A stretch of DNA of 63,572 nucleotides, the filler included. It is 6 parts of 6 records of this genome, joined end to end, with 100 filler letters (N's around TTAATTAATTAA, not from the genome) between each part and the next. Parts side by side here need not be neighbours in the genome. Positions count along the whole stretch, not along the records: positions 12,298 to 23,821 come from DRR378314_2392; 5 more parts are not named here. One strand, written 5' to 3'. The notes under the pieces are model-generated. The model saw nothing but the letters and a program-made list of their open reading frames with translations. It ran no database searches and was not told the DNA's origin. The number at the start of each line of letters is the position of its first letter. Within the stretch, counting starts at the first letter, position 1. Below, in pieces: positions 12,637 to 22,451 of the stretch. A program made the position numbers and the translations under genes.

Positions 12637-13488
12637 ATGAACAATAACCGCTACAGGATCAGGGCGATGAGTCGCGAAGAGTTGGACCTCGCGATGGAGT
12701 GGGCCGCAAAGGAAGGCTGGAATCCGGGGCTCCACGATGCCGACTGCTATTTTTCCGCCGATCCGAAGGGTTTCCTCGTTGGCCTGCTTGACGACGAGCC
12801 TATCGCTACCATCTCGGTGATCAAATACGATGACGCCTTTGGTTTTCTTGGCTTCTATATCGTCAAGCCGGAATACCGGGGACAAGGGTATGGGCTTCAA
12901 CTGTGGCAGGCCGGAATGAACTATCTTCAAGGCCTTCACATCGGGCTCGATGGTGTCGTCGATCAGCAGGAAAATTATCGGAAATCCGGTTTCACGCTGG
13001 CCTATCGCAACATTCGCTACGAGGGAAGGGGTGGCGGAAAGGCGCCCCAGCACGCCGGGATCGTCGAGCTATCCAGCCTGCCTTTTGAGACCATTGACGC
13101 CTATGACCGGCCCTTTTTTCCTGCCAACAGGGAACAGTTCACCCGTGCCTGGATCAGCCAGCCCGATGCTCATGCACTGGGCGTGATGCAGCATGACAGG
13201 CTGTCTGGCTATGGGGTCATCCGGAAATGCCGCAACGGTTACAAGATCGGTCCCCTGTTAGCGGACAGCCCGGCATTGGCCGAGTCGCTTCTTCTCGCCT
13301 TGAGGGCCCGCACGACGCCATCGGACCCGATTTTCCTTGATGTGCCAGCCATCAACCCAGCGGCGGTGTCATTGGCCGAGCAGCATGGCATGAGGGTGTC
13401 ATTTGAAACCGCCCGAATGTACCGGGGTGAGGCGCCAACCCTGCCGTTAGCTCGCCTGTTTGGCGTGGCGTCTTTTGAAATCGGATGA
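12637..13488 (+). CDS. Tandem-domain GNAT family N-acetyltransferase (YitH-like)
   Basis: WAAKEGWNPG, FYIVKPEYRGQGYG acetyl-CoA motif, C-terminal KIGPLLADS and FETARMY. Confidence 0.9.
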   Translation: MNNNRYRIRAMSREELDLAMEWAAKEGWNPGLHDADCYFSADPKGFLVGLLDDEPIATISVIKYDDAFGFLGFYIVKPEYRGQGYGLQLWQAGMNYLQGLHIGLDGVVDQQENYRKSGFTLAYRNIRYEGRGGGKAPQHAGIVELSSLPFETIDAYDRPFFPANREQFTRAWISQPDAHALGVMQHDRLSGYGVIRKCRNGYKIGPLLADSPALAESLLLALRARTTPSDPIFLDVPAINPAAVSLAEQHGMRVSFETARMYRGEAPTLPLARLFGVASFEIG

Positions 13489-13733
13489 GCGGGTGATGGG
13501 GAGACCGGCTTCTACTATGAAGAGACGCTCAATCCCATGGCAATCGGGAATTTCCCTCAAATCGTGAAGCACGCCCCAGTCTGATTGCCTCATGTGCAAC
13601 CCCACGCCCTGGATCGGCTCTGCCACTCCGTTGATCCATCGCATAGAGTAAAACTTGCTGAGTAAATAAATTAGGATGATAAGCAGGGGAGACAGCTCGA
13701 ACTCGGATTTTCTACAGCCTCATTAGGAGTGAG

Positions 13734-14267
13734 ATGAATCATCGATTCGTAGTCACCGGCGGTCCTGGTGGTGGAAAAACGACCATTCTTAGTGCTCTAG
13801 CGGAGCGTGGATATAGCTTCGCATCGGAGTCCGCCAGGAAAATAATCAAAGAGCGGTTAGCGGTGGGATTATCGCCTCGACCGGACTCTGTCTCTTTTGC
13901 CCAAGCGATACTTAGTGCGGATATCGAAAAGTATCAGAATGCAGCCTCCTGCGACCGTGTCATGTTGTTTGATCGCGGAGTACTGGATGCGCTATATATG
14001 CTCGATGCGGAGAGCGCATTAACGCGAGATGAAATAGCGCAATACGTTCAAAAATTTCCATATAACAGCGTTATCTTTCTTCTGCCGCCATGGAAAGAAA
14101 TTTACGATACTGATTCAGAGCGTGATCAAACGTTTGAGGAATCCGTAGCGGTGTTTGACGGTATGAAAAGGTGGTATTCGCAGTGGGGGTACGAAACACT
14201 AGAAGTCCCACGAGGCAATATTAATGAGCGTGTTGCGTTCATTTTGCAGCGTATACATACTCCCTAA
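13734..14267 (+). CDS. AAA_28-type (NadR/Ttd14-like) P-loop ATPase
   Basis: VVTGGPGGGKTT, FDRGVLD, LLPPWKEIY. RBS AGGAG upstream. Confidence 0.88.
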   Translation: MNHRFVVTGGPGGGKTTILSALAERGYSFASESARKIIKERLAVGLSPRPDSVSFAQAILSADIEKYQNAASCDRVMLFDRGVLDALYMLDAESALTRDEIAQYVQKFPYNSVIFLLPPWKEIYDTDSERDQTFEESVAVFDGMKRWYSQWGYETLEVPRGNINERVAFILQRIHTP

Positions 14268-14339
14268 CAATTCACTGTTGGCGGAAAATTTTTCCACCGC
14301 TTAGCGGCTCAAAATTTTCCGCAGAGCGCGGTGTTATGC
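14262..14339 (+). mobile_element. Integron attC recombination site
   Basis: R'' CCCTAAC overlaps the stop codon, followed by AATTCACTG, an internal inverted repeat GCGGAAAATTTT/AAAATTTTCCGC, and CAGAGCGCGGT-GTTATGC (R'). 78 bp. Confidence 0.8.
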
Positions 14340-14418
14340 GCCATATAGCCATTTTCCCAACCTCTGGACTGGGGAAGGGGGAGAGCGCTAACCATATCCA
14401 ACTTAGAGGTAAATTTCA

Positions 14419-14874
14419 GTGGACAGTACATCAAGTAAGGTTAAAGGCCATTGTCGTTGCGGGCAGGTAGAATTTGAGGTTAGCGCTAAGCCAATGATCA
14501 CCATGGCATGTCACTGCACAGGATGTCAGCAAATGACATCTAGCGCGTTTAGCTTGAGTTCGCTTTATCCAAGCGAGGCATTCTCAATCAAAACCGGAGA
14601 GCCTGTTATCGGTGGGCTGCATGGGAACACTCGCCACTATTTCTGCGGGCATTGTATGAGCTGGCTGTTCACTCGACCCGAAGGTATGGATAACTTTGTT
14701 AATGTTCGCTCAACGTTGCTAGAGGATTCTCGAACCTACAAACCATTTATTGAAACTTACACAGATGAAAAACTGGAGTGGGCTACCACTGGCGCAGAGC
14801 ATAGTTTTTGTAAGTTTCCACCGCAGGAAAAGTTTCCCGAATTGCTTCGAGAGTATGCGCAAAAACAGGGATAA
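14419..14874 (+). CDS. GFA / CENP-V family protein
   Basis: GHCRCG, CHCTGCQ and RHYFCGHC zinc motifs. Confidence 0.9.
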   Translation: MDSTSSKVKGHCRCGQVEFEVSAKPMITMACHCTGCQQMTSSAFSLSSLYPSEAFSIKTGEPVIGGLHGNTRHYFCGHCMSWLFTRPEGMDNFVNVRSTLLEDSRTYKPFIETYTDEKLEWATTGAEHSFCKFPPQEKFPELLREYAQKQG

Positions 14875-14901
14875 ATATAGCAGCGATGAATAGGGTGTGG
14901 C

Positions 14902-14970
14902 ACTAAACAATTAGCGACAGTGGCACAATTTAAACTTCGCTTCAATTGCCCGCTGAGCTGGGCGTTATAC
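14902..14970 (+). mobile_element. Degenerate attC site
   Basis: ACTAAAC-AATTAGC...CAATT/AATTG stem...GCTGAGCTGGGC-GTTATAC. The right end is typical of attC, the left end is mutated. Confidence 0.65.
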
Positions 14971-14986
14971 CTGAGAGGAACCTCGG

Positions 14987-15529
14987 ATGAGCCTTAAAGA
15001 TCACTTTGCAATGCTGGCTTCCTACAATCAGTGGATGAACTCAAAGGTTTATGAGGCTGCAGGCCACCTCTCTGCCGCTGATTTAGCCAAAGACCGTGGG
15101 GCCTTCTTCGGTTCCATCTTAGGAACCCTGAATCATATCCTAGTGGGTGACACTATCTGGCTCAAACGGTTTGCTACGCATCCCTCCTGTGTGGCCTCTT
15201 TGCACGAGGTTGCTGATCTTCCAAAGCCGACTACGTTGGATCAGATTGTCTTTGAAGATTTTGGTCGTCTATCTGAACACCGTAGTTGGTTGGATCAGAG
15301 GATTATCGATTGGGTAGCCGAACTATCCGACGGTGACCTGGATGTCGTTCTCAGCTATCGCAATAGCAAAGGGATTCCTGCAAATAAACGATACTCGAGC
15401 CTGGTTCTTCATTTCTTTAATCATCAAACTCACCATCGTGGGCAAGTTTCTACTTTGCTATCTCAGGCGGGTGTGGATATCGGGGTTACTGACCTGTTGG
15501 TTCATATCCCAGAGGAAACCCATGTATAG
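14987..15529 (+). CDS. DinB/YfiT-like metal-binding family protein (not Pol IV)
   Basis: YNQWMN, FFGSILGTLNH, HFFNHQTHHRGQ. Confidence 0.9.
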   Translation: MSLKDHFAMLASYNQWMNSKVYEAAGHLSAADLAKDRGAFFGSILGTLNHILVGDTIWLKRFATHPSCVASLHEVADLPKPTTLDQIVFEDFGRLSEHRSWLDQRIIDWVAELSDGDLDVVLSYRNSKGIPANKRYSSLVLHFFNHQTHHRGQVSTLLSQAGVDIGVTDLLVHIPEETHV

Positions 15530-15653
15530 CCAGGTATGTACTGACGAATCCTAGAGCGATTCCCTACACTGGAAAAATTAGATTATCGCTACTCTAAATC
15601 CCGAAAGGGTAAGTTGTTGGCTCGGGTTCGGGTAATTCAAATAATATAAGCCT

Positions 15654-15684
15654 GCTTGTTGCGCGGTGCGCAACAAGCTATGAT
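15654..15684 (+). promoter_or_regulatory. higBA promoter with palindromic operator
   Basis: -35 TTGTTG (15656), 17-bp spacer, -10 TATGAT (15679), overlapped by the perfect 11-bp inverted repeat GCTTGTTGCGC-ggt-GCGCAACAAGC. Confidence 0.75.
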
Positions 15685-15690
15685 GTGTTT

Positions 15691-15969
15691 ATGATTAAAT
15701 CATTCCGCCACAAGGGACTCAAGCGCTTCTACGCTAGTGGTAGCACCTCTGGTATACAGGCGGATCATGCCAAGAAATTGCGTATGCAGCTTGCCGCTCT
15801 GGACACGGCCGTGTCAGTAGAAGATATGGATATCCCTGGTTTTAGGCTCCACCCTTTGAAGGGGAGAGACAAAGCGCGGTGGTCAATTTGGATCAACGGA
15901 AATTGGCGCATGACGTTCGAATTTCGAGATGGCAATGCGTACATTCTTGATTATGAGGATTATCACTAA
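15691..15969 (+). CDS. higB: HigB toxin (RelE/ParE superfamily)
   Basis: [14 protein letters not shown]...[10 protein letters not shown]...[15 protein letters not shown]...DYEDYH. Confidence 0.93.
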   Translation: MIKSFRHKGLKRFYASGSTSGIQADHAKKLRMQLAALDTAVSVEDMDIPGFRLHPLKGRDKARWSIWINGNWRMTFEFRDGNAYILDYEDYH

Positions 15970-16262
15970 TGACGATGCATAATCCGCCGCATCCCGGCGA
16001 ATTTATTCGGGAAGTGTACCTAGAGCCTTTTGGTATCAGCTCCCGTCAGCTTGCTTCCAACTTGGGCGTTTCACCATCCACCTTGTCACGGTTGCTCAAA
16101 GGGGATAGTGGCATTAGCCCCGAAATGTCTTTGCGCTTGTCGAAGGTTCTCGGACGTACCCCGGAGAGCTGGCTATCAATGCAGGACATGTACGACCTAT
16201 GGGTGGCTCGCAGCATAATTAATTTGGACGACCTGCAGCCATTGGACTTTGAGGCCGCTTAA
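15969..16262 (+). CDS. higA: HigA antitoxin (XRE HTH)
   Basis: [37 protein letters not shown] overlap with higB. Confidence 0.93.
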   Translation: MTMHNPPHPGEFIREVYLEPFGISSRQLASNLGVSPSTLSRLLKGDSGISPEMSLRLSKVLGRTPESWLSMQDMYDLWVARSIINLDDLQPLDFEAA

Positions 16263-16379
16263 CGATTGCGACTGTTGTCGTTGGCATCCTGTCGTAAAAA
16301 GCTGAGCAACCAAACTTATTGGAAATCTGTATGCCGCCAGACTAGGTTCAGGTTTCTAAAGAGAAAGCACGGACGCGAT

Positions 16380-17342
16380 ATGAACCTACTTTTCCTCGGT
16401 ACCTCCGCTGGTGTGCCTACCAAACAAAGAAATGTCTCAGGGATCGCTTTGCGTGAAAGCAAAGGTAAGGGCTGGTACCTGGTTGATTGTGGTGAGGGCA
16501 CCCAGCATCAGGTCTTGCATACCAAGCTGTCGTTCCATTCGTTGAAAGCCATCTTGATTACCCATGTGCACGGCGACCACTGCTACGGGCTGCCGGGCAT
16601 TCTGGCGAGTGCCGCCATGGGTGGCAGGAAAGCGCCGCTGACCATTGTTGCGCCCGCGGGTATCAAAACTTGGTTGGCGGCCACCTGTGAGGTGACGCAG
16701 CTATGCTTACCTTTTGCCTTGGAGTTTATCGCCTCAGACGACCTGCCAAGCGTTGAGTTTGAGAACATCGCGGTTGAGACATTCAGCCTTTCACATCGGG
16801 TGGCGTCTTATGCCTATGCATTTACGGAGCGAAAGGTTGATGCTGCCCTGGACATGGAAAAGCTAGCGCAAAAGGGGATTCCGAGAGGGCCGTTGTGGGG
16901 GCAGTTGAAGCAAGGGATTGATAGTGAGTTTGCAGGTGAGCAGTTAAAAAGCCATGACTACCTAATCTTCAAGAACACGCCCAGGAAAGTAGTGATCGCT
17001 GGGGATAATGATCAACCTGACTTATTGAACGAGGCGTGTGCAGAGGCGCAGGTGCTGGTGCATGAGGCCACCTATACCGAAGAGATGGCTGAGAAGGTCG
17101 GTGATGTGGGGCATAGCTACGCCAAGCTTGTCGCAGCTTTTGCCGAATCGATAAAGCTACCTAATTTGGTGCTGACGCACTTCAGCCCGCGTTATCAGTT
17201 TAGCCCCAATGCGTCGCCGTCCATCGAGGACATCCGCAAAGAAGCTGAGGGTGCCTATTCAGGCTCGCTTTTCTTGGCGCGGGATTTTGGCGAATACAGC
17301 TTGGAAAAAACGGGTTACTTTTCTGAGATGGTGGGCGAGTAG
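16380..17342 (+). CDS. rnz: Ribonuclease Z family metallo-beta-lactamase
   Basis: FLGTSAGVPT.RN, DCGEGTQ, THVHGDHCYGLPG, HEAT, LTHFSPRY. Confidence 0.9.
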   Translation: MNLLFLGTSAGVPTKQRNVSGIALRESKGKGWYLVDCGEGTQHQVLHTKLSFHSLKAILITHVHGDHCYGLPGILASAAMGGRKAPLTIVAPAGIKTWLAATCEVTQLCLPFALEFIASDDLPSVEFENIAVETFSLSHRVASYAYAFTERKVDAALDMEKLAQKGIPRGPLWGQLKQGIDSEFAGEQLKSHDYLIFKNTPRKVVIAGDNDQPDLLNEACAEAQVLVHEATYTEEMAEKVGDVGHSYAKLVAAFAESIKLPNLVLTHFSPRYQFSPNASPSIEDIRKEAEGAYSGSLFLARDFGEYSLEKTGYFSEMVGE

Positions 17343-17407
17343 TTTTTCCGCGCGTGTATCAGTAGTGATACCGAAACTGGGCGATTAGCAACGCTTCATA
17401 GTCTTCA

Positions 17408-17435
17408 AGCACTGGCTTCCAGGGAAGCCAGTGCT
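17408..17435. terminator. Hairpin between convergent genes (probable terminator)
   Basis: AGCACTGGCTTCC-ag-GGAAGCCAGTGCT 13-bp stem. Confidence 0.65.
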
Positions 17436-17454
17436 CACTTCGTTATTTCAAAAG

Positions 17455-18651
17455 CTATTTCAAAAACTCCCGCAGCGTTTCGCTGGCTTGGTCGATGGAG
17501 ACGACGCCATCTAAATGACCGCGGTTGCCTTCCAGGGTTTCAAGCGTCACTTCGGTGCCGTCGGCTTCTATCAGCTCGGCAGTGCGGCGCACGCCTTCGG
17601 GGGCGAAGACGAGGTCGTTTTCGCTATACAGCATCAGCGTGGGGGCGTCGATGGCGGCCAGTCCTTCTTCTAGTGAATCACCGTGGCCCGCCATAAAGAG
17701 TTGGTTGGCGCGAACCAAGTACAGCAGATGGTTGGCATCAGAAAGTTCGGCGCGGGCGGCGGCGACGTCATCCAGCGTTTGCTCAATGGCGTAGCGGGCG
17801 TTGATATCTTGAGCGGGATCGCGCTCTTCGTCGGCCCAATCGCGGTTGAAGGTTTCGTTGGCCCACTGCCAGTGATTGGCGTTGAGAGTGACGATCTTGA
17901 GCGCTTCTTTTAGGCCATCGGTGGGTGGCTCGCCATCATAGTAGTCGCCCTCATTCCAGTTGGCGTCTAAGCGGATGGGCGCCGCCCAAGCGCTAAGCGT
18001 TGCGAGCAACCAGGGGTCGGTAACGCCGCCACCGATAACAGGAATCAACCTATCCACTTTGTCAGGGTAAGCACTGGCCCATTCAAACGCTTGAAGCGCC
18101 CCCATCGAGGCACCCATGACCGCGTGTAGCGATTCAATGCCCTGGCTCTCTAACAACGCACGCTGTACCTCGACAAAGTCACGAATCGTTACCACAGGAA
18201 AATCCATTCCCCACGGTTCGCCGGTGTCTGGATTGATAGAGGCGGGGCCAGTGGTGGTGACATTGGGGTCGTGGGCGTTGAGGTTCACCAGCGTATCGGA
18301 CGCAATAATGTAGTACTCGTCGGTATCCAGTGGTTTGCCGGGCCCAATGATGGCATCCCAGTAGCCGGTTGGCTCGCCATCTGGATCATAACGGCCTGCT
18401 GCGTTGCTGGTACCAGAGAAGAAATGGGTGATTAAGATGGCATTGTCACGGGCGTCGTTTAATTCACCGTAGGCTTCCCAACCCACCGCAAGTTCGGGAA
18501 TCATCTCGCCACCTTGAGTGGTGAAGTCTTGCATCTCGAAGGTTTGCTTTTCAACGACGCCATCCCAGGCCAGTAGCGGTGATGCTGCAAGTAATCCGAG
18601 GCTGGTAACTGTCACCACGGTTAATAAAGAGTGTCGTTGCTTGAGAACCAT
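17455..18651 (-). CDS. Secreted MetX-like alpha/beta hydrolase (homoserine acetyltransferase-like esterase)
   Basis: N-terminal signal peptide (...PLLA|WDG), YGELN..RDNAILITH, YWDAIIGPGKPLDT, GASMG nucleophile, GHLDG. Confidence 0.85.
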   Translation of the reverse strand: MVLKQRHSLLTVVTVTSLGLLAASPLLAWDGVVEKQTFEMQDFTTQGGEMIPELAVGWEAYGELNDARDNAILITHFFSGTSNAAGRYDPDGEPTGYWDAIIGPGKPLDTDEYYIIASDTLVNLNAHDPNVTTTGPASINPDTGEPWGMDFPVVTIRDFVEVQRALLESQGIESLHAVMGASMGALQAFEWASAYPDKVDRLIPVIGGGVTDPWLLATLSAWAAPIRLDANWNEGDYYDGEPPTDGLKEALKIVTLNANHWQWANETFNRDWADEERDPAQDINARYAIEQTLDDVAAARAELSDANHLLYLVRANQLFMAGHGDSLEEGLAAIDAPTLMLYSENDLVFAPEGVRRTAELIEADGTEVTLETLEGNRGHLDGVVSIDQASETLREFLK

Positions 18652-18728
18652 ACGCCTTCCTTAAATGAGGGATTGTTATGATTATTGTTGGCAACGGCTG
18701 CGTTGCCACCCTCATAGCGTAGTCGGCT

Positions 18729-19901
18729 TTAGCGCATTTTAAATGGGTTTAGCCCGTTAGCTTGTTGCATCATCATGCGTTTGGCGAGCGGTACGCGTTC
18801 GGCAAGATGTAGGCTGAGATCACCCAGCTGGCGTAGCGGTTTTGCACCGGTAAACAAGTGATGGAAGCTGTCGGTGGCGGCAATCATGGCTTGGTTGGCC
18901 AAGCGGCGCTGGCATTCGAAGCGGTGCAGGCTGATAGAGTCACCTGGGTCGCGGCTTTTGATGATCAGCTCTGCCAGTGTGTCGGCATCGTGCAGGCCAA
19001 TATTCAGCCCTTGCCCTGCCAGCGGATGCACCACGTGGGCGGCATCGCCAATCAGGGCTAAGCGCTTACCGATATAGCGTTTGGCGTGCTGGCGTCTAAT
19101 TGGAAAGCTCGCCTTTGCGACCACACGGGTTAGCTTGCCTAGCCGCTTGGGAAAGGCTGTTTCAACGGTCGTTTTTAGGGCGTCGTTGGAGAGCTGTTCA
19201 CGGGCTTTGGTGGCTTCGTCGCTGTCATACCACACCAACGATGCACGATGGCCTGGTAAGGGAAGCATGGCAATCGGGCCGGTGGGGGTGAAGCACTGCC
19301 AGCTAATATCCTGTTGGGGTAGCTCGGTTTCCACGTTAATAATCATCGCCCGCTGATGGTAGTCGTAGCTACTAACGGCAATGCCAGCAAGTTCTCGTAG
19401 CGTCGAATGCGCACCATCTGCGCCAACAATCAAACGGGCGCTTAAGGTTTTGCCGTTATCTAGCTCCAGCATGCGGCCGGTGCTGGCCGCCATGGTGCTG
19501 AGCGGTGCGCACTGGGTGTAGCAGGTCACGCTGGGAAGATTCTCTAAGCGTTGCCACAACGCATATTGCAGGGTGCGGTTTTCGATAAAAATACCGAAGT
19601 CGTCCATGCCACTGTCCTGGGCAGAAAACAGTGAATGGCCGGAGCCATCCTGGTTGGCGACATCAATATGGCGAAACGGGCAGCAGCGCTCTTCAGGAAG
19701 CACGGTGCCGCTCGCTTTTACAAACGCCAATGAACGGGCATTAAGTGAGGAGATACGCAGGTCATAATCGCCGCTGAGCGGGGTGGGGGCGCTGCCGCGC
19801 TCTACCAGCCCAACCGACATGCCTGTATGGCCTAAACGGGCCGCTAGCGCGGCACCCACCATGCCACCGCCGACAATGATAATCTCGTGATCCCACTGCA
19901 T
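18729..19901 (-). CDS. UbiH/UbiF/VisC family FAD-dependent ubiquinone hydroxylase
   Basis: IVGGGMVG, RISSL, VGADGAHS, GDAAHVVHPLAGQGLNIG. RBS AAGGAG before ATG 19901. Confidence 0.9.
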   Translation of the reverse strand: MQWDHEIIIVGGGMVGAALAARLGHTGMSVGLVERGSAPTPLSGDYDLRISSLNARSLAFVKASGTVLPEERCCPFRHIDVANQDGSGHSLFSAQDSGMDDFGIFIENRTLQYALWQRLENLPSVTCYTQCAPLSTMAASTGRMLELDNGKTLSARLIVGADGAHSTLRELAGIAVSSYDYHQRAMIINVETELPQQDISWQCFTPTGPIAMLPLPGHRASLVWYDSDEATKAREQLSNDALKTTVETAFPKRLGKLTRVVAKASFPIRRQHAKRYIGKRLALIGDAAHVVHPLAGQGLNIGLHDADTLAELIIKSRDPGDSISLHRFECQRRLANQAMIAATDSFHHLFTGAKPLRQLGDLSLHLAERVPLAKRMMMQQANGLNPFKMR

Positions 19902-20016
19902 GAGACACTCCTTACGTTGAATAACGAGGGCATATTGCATACCCCTTTATTGTCATACAGTATCGGTTACTTGTCGCAGTGTTGCATAGGGTGATCCATT
20001 GACGCAGGCCGTGGAA

Positions 20017-20865
20017 ATGACAGATAGCATCGCGCAGGCGGGGGAAGCGCTGGCTGGGTTTATTGAGCGCCACCCTAAACTGTGGGTGATTACTGGCGCG
20101 GGAGTAAGCACCGACAGCGGCATTCCTGATTACCGCGATGCCGACGGGCAGTGGAAGCGACCGCCGCCGGTTCAGCATGGCGATTTTATGGCCTCACTTG
20201 CCGTACGCCAGCGCTATTGGGCGCGGGCTTTGATCGGCTTCAAAGCTATGCGTGAAGCTCAAGTGAGCGGTGCGCATAAGGCGCTAGCGGCGCTTGAAAG
20301 TATGGGCCACGTGGAGCTGCTGGTGACACAGAACGTAGACCGTCTGCATCAGCGGGCGGGTTCCAGCAAGGTCATTGATCTGCATGGACGAGCAGACGTG
20401 GTGGCGTGCATGACATGCGGTTATCAACTTATGCGTCACGCCATGCACAGCGAAATGGCCAGGATGAACCCGCGTTTTGCAGCGCTAGATGCCCACCATG
20501 CGCCCGACGGCGATGCGGATTTAGAAACTGATTTTTCGACGTTTAAGGTGCTGGATTGCCCACGCTGCCAAGGCATCTTAAAGCCCCAGGTTGTTTATTA
20601 CGGCGATGTGGTGCCGCCAGCGCGGCGCTTGGCTGCCCAAGCGGGGCTACAAAACGCTGATGCCGTACTGGCTGTGGGCACCTCGTTGATGGTGTATTCC
20701 GGCTACCGCTTATGCCGTGATGCCCACGCCATGGGCTTGCCGGTGGCCTCGCTGTCGCTGGGCGTCACTCGCGCCGATGCGCTACTAACCCATCAGTGGC
20801 GTGCGCCGTTAACACCAGTGTTAGAGTACGCTGTCGGCTGTTTGCAGCAGCGTTTACTTGACTAA
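20017..20865 (+). CDS. NAD-dependent deacylase, sirtuin class II (SIRT4-like)
   Basis: TGAGVSTDSGIPDYR, TQNVDRLH, HG, APDGDA, GTSLMVYSGYR. Confidence 0.92.
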   Translation: MTDSIAQAGEALAGFIERHPKLWVITGAGVSTDSGIPDYRDADGQWKRPPPVQHGDFMASLAVRQRYWARALIGFKAMREAQVSGAHKALAALESMGHVELLVTQNVDRLHQRAGSSKVIDLHGRADVVACMTCGYQLMRHAMHSEMARMNPRFAALDAHHAPDGDADLETDFSTFKVLDCPRCQGILKPQVVYYGDVVPPARRLAAQAGLQNADAVLAVGTSLMVYSGYRLCRDAHAMGLPVASLSLGVTRADALLTHQWRAPLTPVLEYAVGCLQQRLLD

Positions 20866-20888
20866 AGTGCTAGGGTATTAGGCAACGA

Positions 20889-22388
20889 TTGTCACCAACA
20901 GCGGAGTCGCCCGTGCTGTCATTTGAACACCAGTTTGCAACGCTTCCCGAGCCACTGTGGATGGCCTGCCAGCCCACGCCAGTGAGCCAGCCCACGCTGA
21001 TTGCATTTAATCAGCGCCTGGCAGAAACGCTGGGATTTAAGACAGGGCTGAAGAGTAAGCCTGATGATGCCACCCTTGCCCAGTGGTTTAGTGGCAATCA
21101 GTTGCCGCCGGGCGCAGAGCCACGGGCGCTGGGCTACGCTGGGCATCAGTTTGGTAACTTTGTACCGCAACTGGGCGATGGCCGCGCATTGTTACTGGGG
21201 GAGGTCATCGACCAGAATGGCATACGGCGCGATGTTCAGCTCAAGGGCAGCGGGCGCACGCCATTTTCCCGTGGTGGCGATGGTCGGTCGCCGCTGGGTC
21301 CGGTGCTGCGGGAGTATCTGGTCAGCGAATTTATGGCTGCAATGGGCGTACCCACCACCCGCGCGTTAGCCGCCGTTTCGACCGGCGAGCGAGTCGTGCG
21401 CCAACTGCCTGAGCCCGGCGCAGTCTTTACCCGTGTGGCAAGCAGTCATATTCGTGTGGGCACCTTTCAATTTGCTGCGGTACGCAGAGACGAAGCTGCC
21501 CTAAAAGCGTTGGCCGACCATGTGATTGAGCGTCACTATCCCGAAGCCGCTAGTGCAGACGATCCTTATTTAGCCTTGTTAGAGGCGGTGGTTGCTCGCC
21601 AAGCAGCGCTGGTGGCGCGGTGGATGAGTCTTGGGTTTATTCATGGCGTGATGAATACCGACAACTGCAGCATTGCCGGAGAAACCATTGATTACGGCCC
21701 CTGTGCCTTTATGGAGCAGTTTGACCCGCAAAAGGTCTACAGCTCGATTGATCAAGGTAAACGCTATGCTTTTGATAACCAGCCCGCCATTGCTCAATGG
21801 AACCTAGCCCGCTTTGCCGAAACGCTACTTCCGCTGATGCGCGAAGAGGGCGATACCGTTGTCGAGCAGGCCACCGATATCATCCGCCGCTTTGGGCCAC
21901 TGTTTGATACCGAGCAGCGCCGCCTGCATGCGGATAAGCTTGGCCTTGCAGCAGACAGCGACCAAGCGGTAACGCTAATGGAGATGCTGGAAAGTCAGAT
22001 GCACCAGGGGCGGATGGATATGACCGCTACCTTTGATGCGCTGACACATTACGCCAGCACTTCAAGTGAAACGCATAAAGAAGCACTGCTGGCGCTGACG
22101 ACCCAACCCAATGAGTTGGCGGCATGGTTAGATAAGTGGCAAGCCGCACAGCTGGCCAGTCAAGACAGCGAGCGCTTAGCGGCTATGCGGCGTGCTAATC
22201 CGGTTGTTATTCCCCGTAATCACCGTATTCAGGAAGTTATTGATGCGGCTTACGAGGGCGATTTTGCGCCGTTGCACAGCTTACTTGCTGTGGTCACCCA
22301 GCCCTTTGATGAATCCGCACAAGCACGCCGCCTTGCAGCCCCTGCAACGGAAAACGAGCAGGTACTAAGAACGTTTTGCGGTACGTAA
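20889..22388 (+). CDS. selO: Protein adenylyltransferase SelO/YdiU
   Basis: YAGHQFG, LGDGRA, QLKGSGRTPFSRGGDGR, GFIHGVMNTDN, IDYGPC, C-terminal FCGT. Confidence 0.95.
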   Translation: MSPTAESPVLSFEHQFATLPEPLWMACQPTPVSQPTLIAFNQRLAETLGFKTGLKSKPDDATLAQWFSGNQLPPGAEPRALGYAGHQFGNFVPQLGDGRALLLGEVIDQNGIRRDVQLKGSGRTPFSRGGDGRSPLGPVLREYLVSEFMAAMGVPTTRALAAVSTGERVVRQLPEPGAVFTRVASSHIRVGTFQFAAVRRDEAALKALADHVIERHYPEAASADDPYLALLEAVVARQAALVARWMSLGFIHGVMNTDNCSIAGETIDYGPCAFMEQFDPQKVYSSIDQGKRYAFDNQPAIAQWNLARFAETLLPLMREEGDTVVEQATDIIRRFGPLFDTEQRRLHADKLGLAADSDQAVTLMEMLESQMHQGRMDMTATFDALTHYASTSSETHKEALLALTTQPNELAAWLDKWQAAQLASQDSERLAAMRRANPVVIPRNHRIQEVIDAAYEGDFAPLHSLLAVVTQPFDESAQARRLAAPATENEQVLRTFCGT

Positions 22389-22410
22389 CCTCGGCTTTTC
22401 CTGTGATAAA

Positions 22411-22426
22411 CTGTGATTATTTACAG
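22411..22426 (+). promoter_or_regulatory. LexA (SOS) box upstream of dinB
   Basis: CTGTGATTATTTACAG matches CTGT-N8-ACAG, 25 bp before the dinB start. Confidence 0.8.
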
Positions 22427-22451
22427 GTAAGGGCGGAGGCAAGGGCAACCT

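Noticed and set aside
13489-13733. Short ORF or attC between the GNAT and AAA genes
   Set aside because: No stem or R-box pair and no recognisable protein. At most a gene remnant.
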